Source of the DNA: Gammaproteobacteria bacterium | Lineage (GTDB): Bacteria; Pseudomonadota; Gammaproteobacteria; Steroidobacterales; JBFFHS01 | NCBI GenBank assembly: GCA_041556855.1 | Contig: JBFFHS010000001.1 | Location: forward strand, 9,423-73,422 | Direction of reading: 5' to 3' | DNA: 64,000 bases | Part shown: positions 9,786 through 17,524 of the stretch, piece after piece | Position numbering within the stretch: position 1 is the first letter of the stretch | Layout of the letters: every line of letters starts with the position of its first letter | The notes under the pieces: generated by a model | Database searches by the model: none | What the model was told of the DNA's origin: nothing | Seen by the model: only the letters and a program-made list of their open reading frames with translations | Program-made: the position numbers and the translations under genes

Positions 9786-12700
9786 TGACGCTGCGCCTGA
9801 GCATCTGCGGTGCCGGGCTGGGCATGGTGTTGAGCCTCCCCCTTGCCGCCGCGCAACAAGTCATCACCCTGGACAGCGGGACCAACATGGCGCTGGCGGT
9901 CAGCCCCGACGGGCAACGCCTGGTGGTGGATCTGCTCGGACAACTGTGGCGATTACCCGTGGGCGGCGGCGGCGCCGAGCCCCTGACGCCCCCGGAGCAT
10001 GAGGCACGCAATCCTCGCTTCGCGCCGGATGGCGAACATGTGATCTATCAGAGCTATGCCGGCGGTCAGTGGGACATCTGGCAGCTCAGCCTGGCGACGG
10101 GCGAACGCCGACCGCTCACCAGCGGTCCCTTCGATGACCGGGAACCCGACGTGGCGCCCGACGGTGCCACGGTGGTGTTTGCATCGGATCGCGGCGGCAA
10201 CTACGGCATCTGGACACTGGATCTGGACACGGACGAGCTCAGCCAGCTCACCAGCGGGGCCGGCGAAGCGTCCTTTCCCAGCTATTCTGCGGATGGGGCC
10301 AGCATCGTTTTTGTCAACCGCAGGGGGCCGCGCTGGTCGCTGGAACTGCTGGAGAATGGCGCGACCCGTACCCTGGTCACCTCCAGCAACCGCCTGCGGG
10401 CACCCAGCTGGCGCCCGAGCGGCGCGGTGATCGCCTACGTTGAGCATGGCGCCGGCTGGGCGGCGCTCAAGCTCCTGCTGCTGGGCTCCGACCCGGTGAC
10501 CAAGACTCTGACTCAGGACGAAGACGTATTCGGCTTTCGCCCGGCCTGGTTGTCGGTCGCGGAACTGATGTATACCGCGGACGGCGGCTTGTGGCGACGC
10601 AGCATCGACGCCAAGAGGCGTCAGGCTGTCCCGCTGTTCGCCGCCATTACCGTGAACCGGCCCGAATACAACCGACGGGTCAGGGATTTCGATAGCGGCG
10701 ACCCACAACCTTTGCTCGGCATCCGCGGTCCCAGCGTGTCGCCGGACGGCGAGACACTTGCGTTCACCGCCCTGGGCGACTTGTGGCTCGCTGAGGGCAG
10801 CGGCGCAGCGCGTCGCCTGACCCAGGATCCATTCCTGGATATCGATCCGGTATTCACGCCCGACGGCAACAGCCTGGTGTTCGCCAGCGACCGCGGCGGC
10901 GGCATGGAGATCTGGCAGCTGAATCTGGAAACGGGCGCTGCTCGCCAGCTGACACGCGGCGAAGGTTCGGCCTATCTGCCCAGCGTGGCGCCCGGTGGCG
11001 ATCAGGTGGCCTATCTGCGCGCCGGCCGGCTCGGCCTGTGGGGCCGCAGCGACGTCTATGTGGGCACTTTGGATGGCCGGTCGCGACTGCTGAAAGGGGC
11101 GCTGCCCAGCCCCAGCCGACCCAGTTGGGATCCCCAGGGCCAGCGCCTGCTGCTTTCGTCCCTGGCGCCCTTCTCCAATCGCTTCCGGGAAGGGCGCAAT
11201 CAGCTGCTCAGCATTCGGCTGGCCGATGGCGAGGCGCGCTGGCAACCGACGCTCGCCGCTGCCCCCCTGGGGACTCGCGGCCATGACGGGCCGGCGATGA
11301 CCACCGACGGCCGGCAGATCACCACCATCGCCAACGGCAGGTTATTTGTGGGGCCGCGCGGCGCACCCGAGGCACTGCTGGAAAACCTCAAGCCCCTCGG
11401 TCGCGGGTTGGCCAGCAGTCCAAGCTTTAGCGCCGATGGTCAGGTGCTGGCCCACCGCCAGGTCGATGCTATGCGGCGGCTGGATCTGGCTACGGGCGAA
11501 AGCGAACCGTGGCCCCTTCAGCTCACCTGGCAGCGACCGGCGCGGTCCGAGAAATACGTCATTCAGGCGGGGCGGCTATTCGACGGGATCGGCAACCGCT
11601 ACCGACGGCACATGGACATTCATGTGGATGGCCGCCGCATCAGCGCCGTTGCGGCGCGGGGAACCCTGCCGAACCCCGGTCGCGTCATCGATGCCAGCGA
11701 CCTGACCGTCATCCCTGGCCTGATCGACAGTCATGCCCATCAATCTGCGCTGGCAGGCGAGCGCCAGGGCCGGCGCTGGCTGGCTTTTGGCGTCACCAGC
11801 GTGCGGGAACCCGGCGGCGATCCCTATGACGCGCTGGAGCGGAAAGAAGCCTGGGCCAGCGGCCAGCGCCTGGGACCGCGGCTGTTTTTAACCGGACATC
11901 TGCTGGACGGGCCACGCGTGTATTACGGTCAAGCAGCCTCCATCGCAGATCGCGACCGGCTGGTTCAGGAACTTGACCGCGCCAGGCGACTCGGTTTCGA
12001 CCTGGTCAAGACCTACGTGCGACTGCCGGACGAACTGCAACGGGAGGCCATTCGTCTAGCCCATGAGATCGGCATTCCCCTATCTTCCCATGAGGTCTAC
12101 CCGGCAGCCCTGTTTGGTGCCGACGCGGTCGAACATCTCGGCGCCACATCGCGGCGCAGCTTCAATCCCAAGGTCTCGCCGCTGCAGCGTTCATACTCTG
12201 ACCTGGATCAGATACTGGCGGCCGCCGGCATGGTGTTTACACCGACCCTGGCTCTGAACGGCGGCTTCAGCCTGACCGTGGCGGACCACCCGGAACTGCT
12301 GCAAGACCCGGCGTATTTGGCCCTGTTCTCGCCCGCTGAGCGGCGCGGCCTGACCGGTTTCCTGGGGTTCTTCGGCTCGGGTCCGCCGCTCAAGCAGCGC
12401 ATGAGCCAACTTGGCGCCACTGCGGCCCGGCTGGTGCGCAGCGGCGCTCGACTCACCGCCGGGACGGATGCTCCCTTTATCCCGTATGGACTGGGCCTCC
12501 ACGTGGAGTTGCAGGTGTTGCGGGCCAGCGGGCTGAGTGCCGACCAGGTGCTGCGCTTGGCCACCGCGGAAGCCGCCCTGGCGCTGGGCGCCCATGGCGA
12601 TCTGGGCACCGTTGAAGCTGGCCGCCTGGCTGATCTGGTGGTCCTGGATGGCGATCCGCTCCAGGATATCAACGACACGCTGCGTATCAGGGCCGTTGTC

Positions 12701-12805
12701 AGCGACGGGCGCTGGCTGAGCCGCGAAAGCCTGCTGGTGACACCTGACCTGGAGACGACCCGATATGCCCCGCCAGCGCGGGGAGCAACGGTTGCGCAAC
12801 GTTAA
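9785..12805 (+). CDS. Secreted TolB-like (PD40/WD40 beta-propeller repeats) protein fused to an amidohydrolase domain
   Basis: 1006 aa. It has a signal-like N-terminus, multiple PD40-type repeats (P.F.PDG..V.Y/F.S.R.GG...IW), and a C-terminal metal-dependent hydrolase motif (IPGLIDSHAH...GTDAP). The start overlaps the upstream stop (TGATG). Confidence 0.8.
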   Translation: MTLRLSICGAGLGMVLSLPLAAAQQVITLDSGTNMALAVSPDGQRLVVDLLGQLWRLPVGGGGAEPLTPPEHEARNPRFAPDGEHVIYQSYAGGQWDIWQLSLATGERRPLTSGPFDDREPDVAPDGATVVFASDRGGNYGIWTLDLDTDELSQLTSGAGEASFPSYSADGASIVFVNRRGPRWSLELLENGATRTLVTSSNRLRAPSWRPSGAVIAYVEHGAGWAALKLLLLGSDPVTKTLTQDEDVFGFRPAWLSVAELMYTADGGLWRRSIDAKRRQAVPLFAAITVNRPEYNRRVRDFDSGDPQPLLGIRGPSVSPDGETLAFTALGDLWLAEGSGAARRLTQDPFLDIDPVFTPDGNSLVFASDRGGGMEIWQLNLETGAARQLTRGEGSAYLPSVAPGGDQVAYLRAGRLGLWGRSDVYVGTLDGRSRLLKGALPSPSRPSWDPQGQRLLLSSLAPFSNRFREGRNQLLSIRLADGEARWQPTLAAAPLGTRGHDGPAMTTDGRQITTIANGRLFVGPRGAPEALLENLKPLGRGLASSPSFSADGQVLAHRQVDAMRRLDLATGESEPWPLQLTWQRPARSEKYVIQAGRLFDGIGNRYRRHMDIHVDGRRISAVAARGTLPNPGRVIDASDLTVIPGLIDSHAHQSALAGERQGRRWLAFGVTSVREPGGDPYDALERKEAWASGQRLGPRLFLTGHLLDGPRVYYGQAASIADRDRLVQELDRARRLGFDLVKTYVRLPDELQREAIRLAHEIGIPLSSHEVYPAALFGADAVEHLGATSRRSFNPKVSPLQRSYSDLDQILAAAGMVFTPTLALNGGFSLTVADHPELLQDPAYLALFSPAERRGLTGFLGFFGSGPPLKQRMSQLGATAARLVRSGARLTAGTDAPFIPYGLGLHVELQVLRASGLSADQVLRLATAEAALALGAHGDLGTVEAGRLADLVVLDGDPLQDINDTLRIRAVVSDGRWLSRESLLVTPDLETTRYAPPARGATVAQR

Positions 12806-12857
12806 GAAACAGTAAGTTATGTAGATATTATGACAAATGTTGTAATAAAACCCCGCT

Positions 12858-12879
12858 AACCGAAATGTCGGTTTTTTTT
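12858..12879 (+). terminator. Intrinsic terminator downstream of the amidohydrolase gene
   Basis: Hairpin aaccga-aatg-tcggtt followed by a T7 run, with an A-run upstream. Confidence 0.55.
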
Positions 12880-12956
12880 ACAAGACTGTGTCTAAATCTC
12901 GTCCAAGACCGGAGATAGCATTCTCAACGTATTGAAAAAAAAGAACTTAACTGTTT

Positions 12957-12972
12957 TGGCACGGGACTTGCT
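12957..12972 (+). promoter_or_regulatory. Sigma-54 (RpoN) -24/-12 promoter
   Basis: TGGCACGGGACTTGCT matches the consensus TGGCACG-N4-TTGCW with correct GG/GC spacing. It lies in an intergenic AT-rich region with no CDS downstream before a terminator. Confidence 0.6.
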
Positions 12973-12982
12973 TAGTAGTATC

Positions 12983-13265
12983 TACCCCTGAGTGGGTAGT
13001 TATTGAGTGCGCAAACTGCAGAAAGGTATGCTCATCGCAACACCTTTTTGTTAAATTAGAAAGACAAGAACAAGAATAAGAAATAACAACAAGAAGAAGA
13101 GACCAAGACCTAAGGCTGTTACAACAACAAAAATCGGTTGCGAGGATTGGACAAAAACAAAAACTGACAGCCTCAAGACCAGCAGCCAGGCCGCATACTT
13201 GAAACCGTAAACTCCGATAAGAAAAAAGACCTGACCCGACGCCCACCGCGTCGGGTTTTCTTTTT
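12983..13265 (+). ncRNA. Candidate sigma-54-dependent A-rich sRNA (CrcZ-like Hfq/Crc sponge architecture)
   Basis: The predicted TSS is about 12 nt after the -12 GC. There is a 5' hairpin (ctaccc/gggtag, 12982-12999). Four AAN-triplet clusters follow: 13066-13099 reads AAG AAC AAG AAT AAG AAA t AAC AAC AAG AAG AAG; the others are 13123-13134, 13153-13164 and 13219-13227. The unit ends in a 9-bp GC hairpin plus U-tract. No credible ORF is present. Confidence 0.45.
13234..13265 (+). terminator. Strong intrinsic terminator
   Basis: acccgacgc-ccacc-gcgtcgggt (9-bp stem) followed directly by TTTTCTTTTT. Confidence 0.75.
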
Positions 13266-13360
13266 CTGGCAACCGTTCCCGCAACTGTGACTTGCTTCCG
13301 GCCATTGGCTGCCGCTAGCTGTTTGACTACAGCAGGGCCATTAAATTCCGTGAAGCTGTT

Positions 13361-14161
13361 GTGTTGCGCCGTCTGAGAATGCTGCTGCTGCTCTATGTGC
13401 TCTTGTTCATCGCCGTCGGCAACTGGCTAGCGCGCGTTCGCGCGACTGACTGGGATGAACCTTTATGGGTGGATATCTACCCCATCAACGGCGACGGCAG
13501 TGCTGCTGCCCAACGACACATTGAGCGGCTGCGCGACCAGGACTTCGATGCGGTAGAACAGTTTCTGAAACGTCAGGCCGCCGGCTACAGTGTCATGGTG
13601 AATCCACCCGCCGAGCTGAAGCTGGCACCGGCAGTGCACGAATTGCCACCCAGCTTGACCGCTACCGCGGGCATCTGGGAATCGCTGGTGTGGAGTCTGA
13701 AGCTGCGCTGGTGGGCCAAACTGGTCGAGTGGAATCTCGATCGGCCCAGTCCGGATATCCAGGTGTTCGCGATCTACTACGATGACGAGACTCACGTCAG
13801 CCTGGATCGTTCCGCGGCGCTGGAAAAGGGACGCGTGGCCGTCGCCCACCTGTTCGCCGATCGGCGCATGCGAGGCCCGAACCAGGTCGTGTTGACCCAT
13901 GAGCTGCTGCACACTCTCGGCGCCACGGACAAGTATCAACCGGGTACCAACCTGCCGCTGTTCCCGGAGGGCTACGGCGAGCCCAACGCGCAGCCGCTGT
14001 ATCCGCAGCGACGGGCCGAGCTCATGGGGGGGCGCATCGCTGTAACGGCGGACTATGCGGAAATTCCGCCTGACCTGGGGCAGGTCGTCGTCGGGCCACT
14101 GACGGCTGCCGAGATCGGTTGGCTCACACGCGACAAACTACGGTCCGTCGCTCAACCCTGA
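13361..14161 (+). CDS. Membrane-anchored hypothetical protein with an HExxH motif (putative metallopeptidase-like)
   Basis: 266 aa with an N-terminal TM helix (LLLLYVLLFIAVGNWL) and the motif HELLHTLGATDKY. GTG start at 13361; an alternative ATG is at 13379. Confidence 0.6.
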   Translation: MLRRLRMLLLLYVLLFIAVGNWLARVRATDWDEPLWVDIYPINGDGSAAAQRHIERLRDQDFDAVEQFLKRQAAGYSVMVNPPAELKLAPAVHELPPSLTATAGIWESLVWSLKLRWWAKLVEWNLDRPSPDIQVFAIYYDDETHVSLDRSAALEKGRVAVAHLFADRRMRGPNQVVLTHELLHTLGATDKYQPGTNLPLFPEGYGEPNAQPLYPQRRAELMGGRIAVTADYAEIPPDLGQVVVGPLTAAEIGWLTRDKLRSVAQP

Positions 14162-14204
14162 CGCCCTACTGCCAGGAACCCGGCGATGTGGGAAGATATC
14201 GGTC

Positions 14205-14756
14205 ATGGGTAAACGGCTTACCAAGATCTACACCCGTACCGGCGACGGGGGAACCACCGGCTTGGGTGACGGCACGCGAGTAGCAAAAGACAGTGTGCGG
14301 GTCGAGGCTTACGGGACCGTGGACGAGACCAACAGCGCTATTGGCACGGTGCTTGCGGTAGATGGGATTCCCACTGAGATTCGCGATAGCCTGGTCACCA
14401 TCCAGCACGATCTGTTCGACCTGGGCGGCGAGTTGTGCATGCCGGGCCATCGCGCCATTGAGCCAGGCTGGGTTGAACGTCTTGAAACTCAGCTGGATCA
14501 GCTCAACGCGAATCTCCCGCCGCTGGACAACTTTATTCTGCCGGGCGGCGGGCCGGCGGCGGCCGCCTGTCACGTGGCGCGAACGATCTGCCGGCGTGCG
14601 GAGCGCCGGGTATTGACCCTGATGCAGGCCGAGGATGTCGATACAGAGGGTTTGCGCTACCTGAACCGACTCTCGGATCTACTGTTCGTCATGGCCCGGG
14701 TGCTTGCCCGCCATGAAGGTGGACAGGAGGTGATCTGGCAACCGAGGGAGCGCTAG
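14205..14756 (+). CDS. ATP:cob(I)alamin adenosyltransferase, PduO type
   Basis: The KIYTRTGDGGTTGL N-terminus is diagnostic of PduO/MMAB-type adenosyltransferases; 183 aa. Confidence 0.9.
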   Translation: MGKRLTKIYTRTGDGGTTGLGDGTRVAKDSVRVEAYGTVDETNSAIGTVLAVDGIPTEIRDSLVTIQHDLFDLGGELCMPGHRAIEPGWVERLETQLDQLNANLPPLDNFILPGGGPAAAACHVARTICRRAERRVLTLMQAEDVDTEGLRYLNRLSDLLFVMARVLARHEGGQEVIWQPRER

Positions 14757-14766
14757 CGCAACGCCG

Positions 14767-15645
14767 CTAGGGGGCCCAGCCAGGCAGGGTGATCAGCGCG
14801 ATCACCGTGGTCCACACGAAAATCGTCCGCGTCACCAGGCGCATGGCTTTGCGGGCACCGTGATCCGGGCTCTGCGTGTCCCCCGCGACCAGGTTCAGTG
14901 CGCCACAGCCCACGCAAGCCACAATCTCGTCGTTGATCCGATGCAACGGCGCACCGGCCGCGGCGGTATAGGTCCGCCAACCGGAGAACGCGTGGTCAAA
15001 GCTGCCGCTGATGGCGTAGCCCAACGCCGCAAGCCGCGCGGGAATGAAACCCAGCAGACCGTGGACGGCCTCAATATGCTCGCGGGCCTTAACCATGGTG
15101 GGCTCGCGCTCAGCTTCAACGACAGCCCGGCGTCGGAATAGATCGACGACGCGAAATAGCCACGCCCCTATGGGGCCCAGGACCATAAACCAGAAAACCA
15201 CGCCGAAGATCCGGTTGTTGGCCTGAACAAAGACCGCTCGAACGACCGTCTCGTCGTCATCGTCGGCGCCGTCCGCTTCGAGAAGCTCCCGAGCCACCTG
15301 ATCAGCCCGTTCGCCATCTTCCCGATCCACGGCGTCGCAATACTCATCAACCTCCTCGCCTAGGTCCCGCGGGCCAAGGGAGAACAGCAGCACAATGACC
15401 GCGAAAGCCAGATACGGCAGGTCCCACCACACATCTGTGAAGATCAGACTGACAAGCAGCACGGGCAACACCGGGACTGCCAGCAGCCCCAGCACACCCA
15501 GCATGGCCACCCAGCCCTCAAGCCGCGCGAGCTGGACCAGACCACTATCGAAGTAGCCATCCAACCAACGCAGCTGGCGCAGATGCAGTAGATGGGTGGC
15601 AAGGCGCTCGATAATCAGGCCCAGGATTAACGCGATCAAATGCAT
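14767..15645 (-). CDS. ampE: AmpE-like inner-membrane signalling modulator
   Basis: 292-aa polytopic membrane protein immediately downstream of ampD (6-nt gap), with an N-terminus (MHLIALILGLIIERL) like AmpE. Confidence 0.75.
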   Translation of the reverse strand: MHLIALILGLIIERLATHLLHLRQLRWLDGYFDSGLVQLARLEGWVAMLGVLGLLAVPVLPVLLVSLIFTDVWWDLPYLAFAVIVLLFSLGPRDLGEEVDEYCDAVDREDGERADQVARELLEADGADDDDETVVRAVFVQANNRIFGVVFWFMVLGPIGAWLFRVVDLFRRRAVVEAEREPTMVKAREHIEAVHGLLGFIPARLAALGYAISGSFDHAFSGWRTYTAAAGAPLHRINDEIVACVGCGALNLVAGDTQSPDHGARKAMRLVTRTIFVWTTVIALITLPGWAP

Positions 15646-15651
15646 GCTGGA

Positions 15652-16209
15652 TTACGCGCTCAACAATCTCGCCAGGTGCTGCCAGTCAAAGCCGGGCCCA
15701 GGGTCCGTCTTGCGGCCTGGCGCAATGTCCGAATGGCCAACAATGTCGCCGCCACGCAGAGAAGGATAGGCGGCCTCCAGAGCCCGCACAAGGTGGGCGA
15801 GCGTGGCGTACTGTGCATCTGTGAAGGGCCCATCATCCACCCCCTCCAGCTCGATACCCACGGAGAAATCGTTGCAGCGCTCGCGACCGCAGTATTCCGA
15901 CTCGCCCGCATGCCAGGCCCGGCGGGTAAAGGGAACGAACTGGGTCAGCTCGCCATCGCGCTTAATCAGGGCATGCGCGGAGACGTGCAGATGGGCAATT
16001 TCGGCGAAATATGGATGCTGGTGGGCGGCCAGAGTATTGGTAAAGAACGCATCGATGGCTGAGCCCCCGTACTCGCCGGGCGGCAAGCTGATGCTGTGGA
16101 CCACGATTAATTCGAGCTCAGCACCCCCGGGACGCTCGTCGCAGTTCGGGGATGGCACCTGGTTGACGTCTCGTAACCAGCCGCTGTCCGAATCAATAGC
16201 AAATCTCAT
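15652..16209 (-). CDS. ampD: 1,6-anhydro-N-acetylmuramyl-L-alanine amidase AmpD
   Basis: SPNCDERP..IVVHSISLPPGEYGG..AWHAGES..GHSDIAPGRKTDPG, the amidase_2 family signature. Confidence 0.9.
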   Translation of the reverse strand: MRFAIDSDSGWLRDVNQVPSPNCDERPGGAELELIVVHSISLPPGEYGGSAIDAFFTNTLAAHQHPYFAEIAHLHVSAHALIKRDGELTQFVPFTRRAWHAGESEYCGRERCNDFSVGIELEGVDDGPFTDAQYATLAHLVRALEAAYPSLRGGDIVGHSDIAPGRKTDPGPGFDWQHLARLLSA

Positions 16210-16263
16210 TGATCACATCCCATGGCTTGGCTCACTATACAGCTGCCCGAGCTGTGAAGGCCC

Positions 16264-17022
16264 GTGCCCGCCATGAAATCACACAGGCCGCCGCCCCGTC
16301 TGCTGCTGGATGAACCCATCAACGGCCGGCGGCAACTCAGCCTTTCAACCGCCCAGACGAACTATCTGCAACGCGCGCTGCGGTTGCGGGTAGCCGCGCC
16401 GCTGATCGTTTTCGATGGCTGTGGGGCCGAACACCAGGCGCGCATATTGCGCTATGACAAGGCCGGCGCAGTTATCGAGCTGGGTCTTGCGATTCCGGCC
16501 ATGGCGCCCCCTGATCTGCGCGTATTCCTGGTTCAGGGTATCGCCAAGGCCGAACGCATGGACTTTGCAATTCAGAAAGCCACTGAACTGGGCGTTGCAG
16601 AAATCTTTCCCGCCTACACTCAACACAGCGTCGTCAAGCTGGAGCCCGACCGGGCCCAACGGCGGCTTATTCACTGGCAGCGGGTCGCTGGCAGTGCGTG
16701 CGAGCAGTCTGGACGACACTTTCCACCGCGGATCCATGGGCCCGAGCCACTGGACGGGTGCATCCGGGCGCTTCCCGCCGGCTGCCTGCGCCTGGTGTTT
16801 GATCCGCGCGGTGCCAGACCATGGCCCGCGCCGGCGCAAAAGCCGGACAGCGTGGCGGCACTGGTCGGGCCTGAGGGCGGCTTCAGCGCCGCGGAACTTG
16901 ACGGGCTGACGCGTAGCGGTTTTCGGGCGATCAAACTGGGAGAGCAGATCCTGCGTACCGAAACGGCCGCAATGGTGGCCTGTGCACTGCTGCAGTCACG
17001 CTGGGGAAGTCTGCGCGGTTGA
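16264..17022 (+). CDS. rsmE: 16S rRNA (uracil1498-N3)-methyltransferase RsmE
   Basis: 252 aa with a C-terminal SPOUT knot (VGPEGGFSAAEL..LGEQILRTETAA). The start is GTG 16264 or ATG 16273. Confidence 0.85.
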   Translation: MPAMKSHRPPPRLLLDEPINGRRQLSLSTAQTNYLQRALRLRVAAPLIVFDGCGAEHQARILRYDKAGAVIELGLAIPAMAPPDLRVFLVQGIAKAERMDFAIQKATELGVAEIFPAYTQHSVVKLEPDRAQRRLIHWQRVAGSACEQSGRHFPPRIHGPEPLDGCIRALPAGCLRLVFDPRGARPWPAPAQKPDSVAALVGPEGGFSAAELDGLTRSGFRAIKLGEQILRTETAAMVACALLQSRWGSLRG

Positions 17023-17050
17023 AGAGCGGCAACGGCTTATCGCATCTCCG

Positions 17051-17524
17051 TCATGCCGCGCGGCGGAGCGCGCTCACCATGGCGGTGAGCTGTTCGAGAT
17101 CGGGGATCAGAGGGTACTCGTTGATCATCCGGATACGGCAGATGACCGGCTGCTGATCATCCCAGGTGCGGTCAGAATCCGGCGACAGGACGTCCGGATT
17201 GACTCGCACCAGTTGCGGGAAGCCCTGTGTGAGGATACCGAAATAGCCGTCAGCGCCCATGGCATGGAAGACCACGATGCGGGTCCGATGGCGCGACTCC
17301 GGCACCGCCTTACCGATGGTTGCTTCGAAGGACACCAGCGGCAATTCCCGGCCGTCCCAGTTCACGACCCCCAGGAACCACTCTGGCGCGCCCGTGGCCG
17401 CGGCCCTGGGTTCAGTGAACCCGACAACTTCCGCTACACAGACCCGCGGCACCAGCAGGCGTTCCTCGAATAAGGGAATCAATAGGCTGTAGAGCTCTGT
17501 CGGGGTGTCATTCACCGTCGTCAC
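17051..17524 (-). CDS. chpC: CheW-like coupling protein (ChpC position)
   Basis: 157-aa CheW-domain-like sequence. It overlaps the chpA 3' end by 17 nt. Confidence 0.75.
   Translation of the reverse strand: MTTVNDTPTELYSLLIPLFEERLLVPRVCVAEVVGFTEPRAAATGAPEWFLGVVNWDGRELPLVSFEATIGKAVPESRHRTRIVVFHAMGADGYFGILTQGFPQLVRVNPDVLSPDSDRTWDDQQPVICRIRMINEYPLIPDLEQLTAMVSALRRAA

Noticed and set aside
12983-13265. An Rsm/Csr-type (GGA-motif) sponge RNA as the identity of the island transcript.
   Set aside because: Very few GGA motifs are present, and none sits in hairpin loops that I can draw. The dominant motif is the AAN repeat, which points to Hfq/Crc-type rather than RsmA/CsrA-type binding.
12947-13305. 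Two overlapping minus-strand ORFs (99 aa and 84 aa) inside the AT-rich island.
   Set aside because: Their translations are low-complexity Cys/Ser/Leu/Phe strings produced by reading the complement of the A-rich repeats. They have no SD and no plausible fold, and the + strand promoter/terminator pair explains the region better as an RNA gene.
13615-13635. A second TGGCAC-N5-GTGCA sigma-54-like match.
   Set aside because: It lies inside the coding sequence of the HExxH protein, its -12 element deviates from the consensus (GTGC rather than TTGC), and no downstream unit exists for it to drive.
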